Assembly: GCF_964355755.1 (NCBI RefSeq)
Contig: NC_092672.1
Span: forward strand, 29,642,437-29,706,436
Length of the DNA: 64,000 bases
Direction of reading: 5' to 3'
Origin: Antedon mediterranea
Lineage: Eukaryota > Animalia > Echinodermata
The position numbers were made by a program, and so were the translations under genes. The notes under the pieces are model-generated. The model was not told the DNA's origin, did not search any database, and saw only the letters and a program-made list of their open reading frames with translations. Position 1 is the stretch's first letter, and each line of letters opens with the position of its first letter. Below, piece after piece: positions 1-11,496 of the stretch.

Positions 1-423
1 CTACCTTCAAATATTAAAGTTGCTGTATCTAAGAAAAGCTTTTCATTTAAACTTAAAAGATATATCACATCCAAGTATTAATTTTTATTATATTACATTT
101 TATGATAATAATTTTAATGATGAGTAACAAGAAGACGAATCAATTCTTAATTTATACCAAAATTGTTTTTTTAGTTATTTTACTTATTTAGTTTAACCCA
201 TGTTATGTAAATTTTTATATTGTTATTTCTTTATTTTTTTTATTTATTTTTTATTTATTTTTTTTTCTTTTTCCGTGTTGTTTAAATCTAATCTTTGTTT
301 AGGCATGTCTGTCACAAGCTTTTTGCTTTTTTTGAACATGCCTTCTTCAATCATATTACCTTTCTTTACACCATTTTGTAGACTGTTTTATTTTGAAGAA
401 AATAAATGTTACTTTGAATTGAA
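1..423 (+). mobile_element. 3' end of a CR1/L2-group LINE (ORF2 C-terminus plus 3' UTR)
   Basis: Frame 1 reads LPSNIKVAVSKKSFSFKLKRYITSKY* (1-81), a typical LINE ORF2 ending. It is followed by a T-rich UTR, AATAAA and a TTGAA-type tail, like the LINE end at 44139-44350. Confidence 0.65.
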
Positions 424-2026
424 TGTAAAAATAACATTGAATGTAATCTACTGGGTTAATTGATTATTCCTCTCCTACTCAAACGTTCTGCCATCTCAAT
501 GTGTGCAAAATGGATTCCACAAACAATTTTTTCTTTTAATAAGAAAAGTGTCACCAAATGGTGTTTTATAAGTAGAGCCTACTGCAAATGTGATTTGATG
601 ATATTTTGTTTCAATATTGTACAAAGTGTTAGTTAGAAATTAATGAACTGTTTTCAATGCATTATAATCGCATTTACTATTAATTTACTCATTTGCATAG
701 AGATGGTGATAGTACACAAATAGCATTGAAGTCATCTTGTATTTACTATTGATGTTTACTTGGATTAGAAAACTGACAGTATTAGACTAATAAACCTTAG
801 TTTAACATTTTTGTTTTGGTTATGTAATGGATTAGAATATTAATCTGAAATACCAGTAGTATTTCTATTGGTCTATAAGTAATGTAAAATGGACTTTCAG
901 AGTAGTTAAAGTAATAGTATAATGGTATTTGAAATAAATAAACCTTAGTTTGACATATGGTTATGTAATGGATTACAATATCTTAAATACCATTAGTAAA
1001 CTATTGTCTATAAATAATTTACAATGGACCTTCAGAGTAGTAAACTAGTACTGTATTTGTATTTAAAATAAGTGAACCGTCAAAATACTAACCTGACAAT
1101 TATTGACTTCAGTAGTATAGGAGTAAACTATTATTAGTTTGAAAGATCGGTTCCAACTAAGATGCAACGACATATTCAAAGTATTGACGCAATAATTATA
1201 TAAGATTTCGTGTCATAAGTAGCAACCGATGACGTAAGCACGGTACCGTAGACGTTATAACACATTTTCTGCTGCTTTACGTTCATCACGGCAGTTAATC
1301 TAATTTCTCGTAAGAGGTGGGGAGATGGGATGCAAAATTGATAGAGAGTATTTCCTTATCTTACGTCGTTGCGTTGTTTCTAGTGAGAACCAAGCTAAGG
1401 TATATACAGTAGGCCTACATTTTTTATACATTTTATTATTTTGTAATAATGAACTGAGTAGAATTACACCATACTGTAGATAAGTATCCGTTTACATTAT
1501 TTTGAGGATTGTTTTAGTTTCTTCTAGTTCTGAATAAAGAAAATGAAACAAAAGTTTTCTGTTAATTGTATTTATTTCAAAGATTGGTGCACTGACTAAA
1601 TTGATTATGTATTTGTGTTTTGGTATTTTATTAAACATAGTGACTTTTAATGAGAATGGTAATGTCTTCGATCTGGCGACTCCTAATGAAACAGTGTTAT
1701 ACCTGTGGAGTTATTTCGGTTTATCTTATCTAATAATTCATTTTTAAAGATCTGAAATCTTTCTTCGTAGCATGCAAATCATTAAACTGTTTGAGAAGAG
1801 TCTCGTAAAAACTGTAACGGACCGAACTTTTTATATAATTATCTCCAATTTCTGTGCGATTTATGTTTGGTTTACTTTATACGCTGGCGTTCGCATTTTA
1901 ATGCACGTGCGATCAAATATGTAGAAGGAAGATGTACTGGTTCAGAGATGACGTAGTTTATTATAATAAATACTGATGATACCTTGGTTATACATCACTA
2001 CCAAGACGCAACGACGTTGACCAATA

Positions 2027-2322
2027 TTTATTTATTTATTTGGAATTACACCTTTAGATCGGTGGCACACTTAGCACAAAGGTGCATCCTTCACAATATA
2101 AAATATAACAATTAACAGAAAAGTAAAAAAAGGCAAAAGCAACTATCAACCCCTATCCAACCCCCCCCCCCTCCCAATTTATATCGATACATACAGTAGA
2201 TCATTACTTTACACAATGAATACAAAACAAGATATAGTAAAAGTGTATAAAATAAAATATAATCAACTGATAAACACAGCTTATTACGAAAAACCCCCAA
2301 CCCTCCCCCCACCCCACTTTTT
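2027..2322 (-). mobile_element. 5'-truncated retroelement 3' end, with 6-bp TSD CCAATA
   Basis: Absent from the paralogous copy (~33325). Flanked by ccaata at 2021-2026 and 2323-2328. Starts with (TTTA)n, i.e. a minus-strand (AAAT)n tail. Confidence 0.75.
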
Positions 2323-2547
2323 CCAATAACAATTCGGTAAAACCCAGTACCGTTTTGATTACGATCATGCGGGAAATTACCTCACGGCCTACAATGAATG
2401 TTCTCTAGGCCCTATAACATTATAAAATTGAAACTGAGTACATACTAAGAATCGCCAAATATGCATACCTAAGAATTTTAAAATATATATTAAATCTAAA
2501 AAGTCGCTCGTGATCTAAAGGCCCATTTACACTAGGATGATAACGAT

Positions 2548-3105
2548 ATTTGTGTGTTGAAGACGATTTCACTGACAGGCTTAAGATACTAAATTTACCA
2601 GATATGGTTCAAAGAATGAAATTTCATAGTATAATTTTTGTAGTTAAGTGTTTGCATAATTTAATTGATTTTGATATATTTGAATACCTTACAATTAATT
2701 CTGGGTATCCAGAGTCGCTCACCTTTAAACACATGTATGCTAGAACTAATGCATTTAAATACTCCCTGTTTGTTAATTTCCCTCGAATATGGGAATGTAT
2801 CCCGCATGAAGTTCGTAACAAAGTCCTGTTTAACTTTGGGGGGTTTAGAAGGGATTTGAAAAAATGTATTACTGATATCGAATTCATCTAGACTATCACT
2901 GTGTTTTTATGTCTTTTGAGTTTTTCGTACTATTAGTTGGGAAAGCCACTCGACAGTGTAGTTCTTTTGAACTGATCCACTTTTGGTTACCCGCAGGTGC
3001 TGATAGTACTTTTGTTCTGTTTTGTTGAATGATGCCGTACCTTGTTTATGATTTTTGTATGTTACCTGGAAATTCAATAAAATAAAATAAAAAATAAAAA
3101 TAAAA
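2548..3105 (+). mobile_element. 5'-truncated LINE 3' fragment (CR1/L2/Jockey group)
   Basis: ORF 2550-2891 resembles an ORF2 C-terminus (RLKILNLP...RTNAFKYSLFVNFPRIWECIP). Has an (AAAAT)n tail and is absent from the paralogous MITE at ~33105. Confidence 0.8.
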
Positions 3106-3370
3106 ATCGACGATAAATATATAAGCATGCATTTTTATTACATAAAACAAAAGAATTAGAAAGGTTTTCGTTCTATAACTATAGGATAATCATTTATGCT
3201 GTCTTTGATAACAATTTAATTTTAAAAATTCCAAAATCAAATGGGGTCATGATAAATAAAAACAATAAAATAAAATCAATTACTAATTACTACTAATATT
3301 ACTATAATAATCATAACATCATTTGATTGGACGTTTGAAAATATCATTTTTATCAAAGGAAGCATAGCCT

Positions 3371-6300
3371 CGTGAGGTAATTTCCCGATTGATCGTAATC
3401 AAAACGGTACTGGGTATGGTCTACTAGTTTTTCTGCTCCCAACCAGTACATCCATTCATAGAAGCTTTGATGAAGTAAGCCTACCTGGTGGTGGCCATAG
3501 AACGGTCCCGAGATAACGACTATACTTCGGCTTTAGTCGATAGAAGATTGAATAAATTGTTAGAGAAAGAGTATACGATGTTATGATTATGTGTAGATAT
3601 GTGATTTGTTCTTTTTATCAAATGATGTTATGTATTTAATAAATTTGTTATATCAATTAATTCAATTATCGTAGATTGCATATTATGCGATTAATGTTAT
3701 TTAATAAATGTTTGATATATTATTATTATATTAATAAAAAGATATTTGTTAGTATAAATTAAAAATATAGATATAAGGAAGAAAAGCAAAGAGATTGTGG
3801 AGCGGCTGTACCAGAATATACAACACTAAGTATTGTAAAGTTAACATATTAAAAATTTAGGCGATCTTGTCAAAGGTCAAGCGCCTTCAGCCTGCCACGT
3901 TTCGATATTCAATATTGAACTTGACCTGACGTGGTTACACAATATCTTTATATGAATATGGTAGAGTGGATAGAAACAAAAATTAATTTAAATTTAAAAA
4001 TTTTACCTTAATAACTGGTTTTGAATTGAATCGGTTGATGTCTTATCGTTGTATGATGTACGATTAGGTTTGGTTTAAAATTATGTTCGATAAATGGCGT
4101 ATGCGTATAGAATGAAATGCTCGCGTTACGATGTACGCGTGTAATGTTGTTTATATCGTATAACAGATAAAGGATGAAAATAATATAGAAGGTATATGGT
4201 AGAACAATACAAAGTAGTTTAGGATGTAGAAATAAGAAAAGTTTGTTAGTGCAAAAGTGTAGATTTTGAATGCGAGAAATGACTTGATGGTACAGTCCAA
4301 CTAGAGTCCTATGTCGGCACCTAGGCCTATATAACGTCGTGAGGTAATTTCCCGATTGATCGTAATCAAAACGGTACTGGGTATGGTCTACTAGTTTTTC
4401 TGCTCCCAACCAGTACATCCATTCATAGAAGCTTTGATGAAGTAAGCCTACCTGGTGGTGGCCATAGAACGGTCCCGAGATAACGACTATACTTCGGCTT
4501 TAGTCGATAGAAGATTGAATAAATTGTTAGAGATAGAGTATACGATGTTATGATTATGTGTAGATATGTGATTTGTTCTTTTTATTCAAATGATGTTATG
4601 TATTTAATAAATTTGTTATATCAATTAATTCAATTATCGTAGATTGCATATTATGCGATAAATATTATTTAATAAATGTTTGATATATTATTATTATATT
4701 AATAAAAAGATATTTGTTAGTATAAATTAAAAATATAGATATAAGGAAGAAAAGCAAAGAGATTGTAGAGCGGCTGTACCAGAATATACAACACTAAGTA
4801 TTGTAAAGTTAATATATTAAAAATTTAGGCGATCTTGTCAAAGGTCAAGCGCCTTCAGCCTGCCACGTTTCGATATTCAATATTGAACTTGACCTGACGT
4901 GGTTCCACAATATCTTTATATGAATATGGTAGAGTGGATAGAAACAAAAATTAATTTAAATTTAAAAATTTTACCTTAATAACTGGTTTTGAATTGAATC
5001 GGTTGATGTCTTATCGTTGTATGATGTACGATTAGGTTTGGTTTAAAATTATGTTCGATAAATGGCGTATGCGTATAGAATGAAATGCTCGCGTTACGAT
5101 GTACGCGTGTAATGTTGTTTATATCGTATAACAGATAAAAGATGAAAATATAGAAGGTATATGGTAGAACAATACAAAGTAGTTTAGGATGTAGAAATAA
5201 GAAAAGTTTGTTAGTGCAAAAGTGTAGATTTTGAATGCGAGAAATGACTTGATGGTACAGTCCAACTAGAGTCCTATGTCGGCACCTAGGCCTATATAAC
5301 GTCGTGAGGTAATTTCCCGATTGATCGTAATCAAAACGGTACTGGGTATGGTCTACTAGTTTTTCTGCTCCCAACCAGTACATCCATTCATAGAAGCTTT
5401 GATGAAGTAAGCCTACCTGGTGGTGGCCATAGAACGGTCCCGAGATAACGACTATACTTCGGCTTTAGTCGATAGAAGATTGAATAAATTGTTAGAGAAA
5501 GAGTATACGATGTTATGATTATGTGTAGATATGTGATTTGTTCTTTTTATCAAATGATGTTATGTATTTAATAAATTTGTTATATCAATTAATTCAATTA
5601 TCGTAGATTGCATATTATGCGATTAATGTTATTTAATAAATGTTTGATATATTATTATTATATTAATAAAAAGATATTTGTTAGTATAAATTAAAAATAT
5701 AGATATAAGGAAGAAAAGCAAAGAGATTGTGGAGCGGCTGTACCAGAATATACAACACTAAGTATTGTAAAGTTAACATATTAAAAATTTAGGCGATCTT
5801 GTCAAAGGTCAAGCGCCTTCAGCCTGCCACGTTTCGATATTCAATATTGAACTTGACCTGACGTGGTTACACAATATCTTTATATGAATATGGTAGAGTG
5901 GATAGAAACAAAAATTAATTTAAATTTAAAAATTTTACCTTAATAACTGGTTTTGAATTGAATCGGTTGATGTCTTATCGTTGTATGATGTACGATTAGG
6001 TTTGGTTTAAAATTATGTTCGATAAATGGCGTATGCGTATAGAATGAAATGCTCGCGTTACGATGTACGCGTGTAATGTTGTTTATATCGTATAACAGAT
6101 AAAGGATGAAAATAATATAGAAGGTATATGGTAGAACAATACAAAGTAGTTTAGGATGTAGAAATAAGAAAAGTTTGTTAGTGCAAAAGTGTAGATTTTG
6201 AATGCGAGAAATGACTTGATGGTACAGTCCAACTAGAGTCCTATGTCGGCACCTAGGCCTATATAACGTCGTGAGGTAATTTCCCGATTGATCGTAATCA

Positions 6301-8720
6301 AAACGGTACTGGGTATGGTCTACTAGTTTTTCTGCTCCCAACCAGTACATCCATTCATAGAAGCTTTGATGAAGTAAGCCTACCTGGTGGTGGCCATAGA
6401 ACGGTCCCGAGATAACGACTATACTTCGGCTTTAGTCGATAGAAGATTGAATAAATTGTTAGAGATAGAGTATACGATGTTATGATTATGTGTAGATATG
6501 TGATTTGTTCTTTTTATTCAAATGATGTTATGTATTTAATAAATTTGTTATATCAATTAATTCAATTATCGTAGATTGCATATTATGCGATAAATATTAT
6601 TTAATAAATGTTTGATATATTATTATTATATTAATAAAAAGATATTTGTTAGTATAAATTAAAAATATAGATATAAGGAAGAAAAGCAAAGAGATTGTAG
6701 AGCGGCTGTACCAGAATATACAACACTAAGTATTGTAAAGTTAATATATTAAAAATTTAGGCGATCTTGTCAAAGGTCAAGCGCCTTCAGCCTGCCACGT
6801 TTCGATATTCAATATTGAACTTGACCTGACGTGGTTCCACAATATCTTTATATGAATATGGTAGAGTGGATAGAAACAAAAATTAATTTAAATTTAAAAA
6901 TTTTACCTTAATAACTGGTTTTGAATTGAATCGGTTGATGTCTTATCGTTGTATGATGTACGATTAGGTTTGGTTTAAAATTATGTTCGATAAATGGCGT
7001 ATGCGTATAGAATGAAATGCTCGCGTTACGATGTACGCGTGTAATGTTGTTTATATCGTATAACAGATAAAAGATGAAAATATAGAAGGTATATGGTAGA
7101 ACAATACAAAGTAGTTTAGGATGTAGAAATAAGAAAAGTTTGTTAGTGCAAAAGTATAGATTTTGAATGCGAGAAATGACTTGATGGTACAGTCCAACTA
7201 GAGTCCTATGTCGGCACCTAGGCCTATATAACGTCGTGAGGTAATTTCCCGATTGATCGTAATCAAAACGGTACTGGGTATGGTCTACTAGTTTTTCTGC
7301 TCCCAACCAGTACATCCATTCATAGAAGCTTTGATGAAGTAAGCCTACCTGGTGGTGGCCATAGAACGGTCCCGAGATAACGACTATACTTCGGCTTTAG
7401 TCGATAGAAGATTGAATAAATTGTTAGAGATAGAGTATACGATGTTATGATTATGTGTAGATATGCGATTTGTTCTTTTTATTCAAATGATGTTATGTAT
7501 TTAATAAATTTGTTATATCAATTAATTCAATTATCGTAGATTGCATATTATGCGATAAATATTATTTAATAAATGTTTGATATATTATTATTATATTAAT
7601 AAAAAGATATTTGTTAGTATAAATTAAAAATATAGATATAAGGAAGAAAAGCAAAGAGATTGTGGAGCGGCTGTACCAGAATATACAACACTAAGTATTG
7701 TAAAGTTAATATATTAAAAATTTAGGCGATCTTGTCAAAGGTCAAGCGCCTTCAGCCTGCCACGTTTCGATATTCAATATTGAACTTGACCTGACGTGGT
7801 TCCACAATATCTTTATATGAATATGGTAGAGTGGATAGAAACAAAAATTAATTTAAATTTAAAAATTTTACCTTAATAACTGGTTTTGAATTGAATCGGT
7901 TGATGTCTTATCGTTGTATGATGTACGATTAGGTTTGGTTTAAAATTATGTTCGATAAATGGCGTATGCGTATAGAATGAAATGCTCGCGTTACGATGTA
8001 CGCGTGTAATGTTGTTTATATCGTATAACAGATAAAAGATGAAAATATAGAAGGCATATGGTAGAACAATACAAAGTAGTTTAGGATGTAGAAATAAGAA
8101 AAGTTTGTTAGTGCAAAAGTGTAGATTTTGAATGCGAGAAATGACTTGATGGTACAGTCCAACTAGAGTCCTATGTCGGCACCTAGGCCTATATAACGTC
8201 GTGAGGTAATTTCCCGATTGATCGTAATCAAAACGGTACTGGGTATGGTCTACTAGTTTTTCTGCTCCCAACCAGTACATCCATTCATAGAAGCTTTGAT
8301 GAAGTAAGCCTACCTGGTGGTGGCCATAGAACGGTCCCGAGATAACGACTATACTTCGGCTTTAGTCGATAGAAGATTGAATAAATTGTTAGAGATAGAG
8401 TATACGATGTTATGATTATGTGTAGATATGTGATTTGTTTTTTTTATTCAAATGATGTTATGTATTTAATAAATTTGTTATATCAATTAATTCAATTATC
8501 GTAGATTGCATATTATGCGATAAATATTATTTAATAAATGTTTGATATATTATTATTATATTAATAAAAAGATATTTGTTAGTATAAATTAAAAATATAG
8601 ATATAAGGAAGAAAAGCAAAGAGATTGTGGAGCGGCTGTACCAGAATATACAACACTAAGTATTGTAAAGTTAATATATTAAAAATTTAGGCGATCTTGT
8701 CAAAGGTCAAGCGCCTTCAG
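3371..8720 (+). repeat. Tandem array of 965/967-bp units (starts 3371, 4338, 5303, 6270, 7235, 8200)
   Basis: Near-identical head-to-tail units; the same 135/136-aa ORF recurs five times in the ORF track. Confidence 0.97.
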
Positions 8721-9567
8721 GTCACGTCAGGTCAAGTTCAATATTGAATATCGAAACGTGGCAGGCTGAAGGCGCTTGACCTTTGACAAGATCGCCTAAA
8801 TTTTTAATATATTAACTTTACAATACTTAGTGTTGTATATTCTGGTACAGCCGCTCCACAATCTCTTTGCTTTTCTTCCTTATATCTATATTTTTAATTT
8901 ATACTAACAAATATCTTTTTATTAATATAATAATAATATATCAAACATTTATTAAATAATATTTATCGCATAATATGCAATCTACGATAATTGAATTAAT
9001 TGATATAACAAATTTATTAAATACATAACATCATTTGAATAAAAAGAACAAATCACATATCTACACATAATCATAACATCGTATACTCTATCTCTAACAA
9101 TTTATTCAATCTTCTATCGACTAAAGCCGAAGTATAGTCGTTATCTCGGGACCGTTCTATGGCCACCACCAGGTAGGCTTACTTCATCAAAGCTTCTATG
9201 AATGGATGTACTGGTTGGGAGCAGAAAAACTAGTAGACTATACCCAGTACCGTTTTGATTACGATCAATCGGGAAATTACCTCACGACGTTATATAGGCC
9301 TAGGTGCCGACATAGGACTCCAGTTGGACTGTACCATCAAGTCATTTCTCGCATTCAAAATCTACACTTTTGCACTAACAAACTTTTCTTATTTCTACAT
9401 CCTAAACTACTTTGTATTGTTCTACCATATACCTTCTATATTTTCATCTTTTATCTGTTATACGATATAAACAACATTACACGCGTACATCGTAACGCGA
9501 GCATTTCATTCTATACGCATACGCCATTTATCGAACATTTTAAATCAAACCTAATCGTACATCATAC

Positions 9568-11496
9568 CAAAGATCGTATAGCGCCACGTAGTGGCGCAAG
9601 ATATGGAACTGACGCTCGAAAAATGATAATTCCATGGGCAGCCATTCCGGCAAGCGGATTACCCAGTAGGCAATGCGGCACGCCACCAAATCAATGAAAA
9701 CAAATAGGATTTGCATCTACGCGATAAACAGTACGACTTTATTTTATCTTTCGCGTCAAAATGAAAGAACATCTATATAAAATTCGATTATATAAATTTA
9801 CTCCATTTGATATTACACTTACATATGCGTATATCACTGTCCAACCTCAAACGGCTACAGAATAAACACTGACTGTATGGAGGACGAATTTTGTAGGCAG
9901 TCGGTTGAGGCATAGTTATAAATAGTGTCGCGGGGCGCAGCGCGATGCTACGCACTTCACGCCCAAGGTCGGCCGCGTTTGGCCTAGGCTGGGATGATGG
10001 CTTAGTTTATGTGCGAGAGAAGCATTTTTTTGGAGATGAATTGTAATAATTGCCAAATATATTGTCCAAAACTGTCTTTTTAATTTAAAAAAAAAATTAA
10101 TGGGCAGGGGGATGTTCCTAAACAACAGTACTGATAATAACTGAATTCTGGTTATTTCCTTTCACTTAAAAGTATGAGGTGTGTGAAAATAGTGATTTTA
10201 TTTGTAATCCCATAGGATACTGCTCCTTTTCAAGAATCAAAAATATAAACTATTACTATTGAAATATAATTGTCCATCAGTTCTGGCCTTTGTATTTAAT
10301 TCTTGTGTAAAATACCACTTTGCACTCAATCATCTATCTTCTCAATTTTACAGTATGATGACAGACTTATATCTTTCTGAAATAGGGAAAAATATATCAT
10401 TAAATTATTAGGTCACTTTTCGAACTGTTACATAATCATTTGATTACTTATTATAGTATTTTAAAATACTATACATTTTTAAATTCAAAACAAAAGTCAA
10501 TATACTATTTATTAATAATTGTAAGTATTCAAAAATGTTTACATTAATTAACTAAATATTTTTCAAATAAAGATGAAGAACAAAATAAATATGAGGATCA
10601 AATTTATAATTTAAATTTATTAAATAAAAAAAACAAACAATTCATTCATTCATAATAACATTTATTTCTTATCATTTCAAAGTAAACAAAATAACAATTT
10701 AAATATAAATAATTAACTTGGCAACACCCAGAAAGTAATAAAATTTGGAGGTTTCCCTCCAAAAAAACTTGTGACGGGTAGCCAGTTAAGAAATTGTAAT
10801 CATATTGGAGTTTAAACAAACAGAAACAAAACAAGACAAACAAACATGTAAAGCAAGACAACGACAAATTAACAACAATAACAACATCCTCACGATTTTT
10901 GATTTCATTACATTTAATTATTTCTGTTAATGTTATTATTAATAAAACGCTATATTGTCTTGTACATTTTTATTAAAAATTCCTAATTCCCGAACAGCTT
11001 CAGTTTTTTTCTTAATCTTCCATCCATCCAAGCCTTGTTTGATCCATCTATCAAGACGCCAATCAATATCATTCATCCTCCCAGACTTTTTTTTATTATT
11101 AATCATACTAACTAAACTAGGCCTAGTATTCGGCATTAAATATGCCCAGGCCTACTACTACTAGGCCCTAGATCGGATTGCGCAGAAACGCCTGTCTGAA
11201 CTAAATTTAAACAACAATTTAATAATTTTGTTAATGTTTACTAACAAAAAAATATATATTCTAAAAACTTACCACTACAATTTATTTACCCAATACAACA
11301 CGAGAAAACTTCCCGAACAAACAATAACACGTCACACGTGGATGTGGTTCAATGGTTTATTATACACTTCCGGGGTATGTGATCGCGTAACAACTTGCTT
11401 GCCGGAATGGCTGCCCATGGAATTTCACTCATGCGCAGTGTATAAGAGATAGGAGTTCCCTATCTTGCGCCACTTCGTGGCGCTATAGTATCTTTG
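9568..11496. mobile_element. Non-autonomous TIR DNA transposon, 1929 bp, 8-bp TSD (P-element-like, or hAT)
   Basis: TIRs caaagatcgtatagcgccacgtagtggcgcaagatatggaact and agttccctatcttgcgccacttcgtggcgctatagtatctttg. TSD CATCATAC at 9560-9567 and 11497-11504. No transposase ORF. Confidence 0.9.

Noticed and set aside
200-463. Short F/I/L/Y-rich ORFs here and elsewhere (e.g. 2112, 10646, 30480, 41185, 61665)
   Set aside because: Low-complexity AT-rich or microsatellite translations, or antisense shadows of real exons.
3371-4337. Retrozyme or Penelope pLTR with a hammerhead ribozyme
   Set aside because: No CTGATGA..GAAA core found by eye on either strand; only a small hairpin, cgacta..tagtcg. 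An Infernal search would be decisive.
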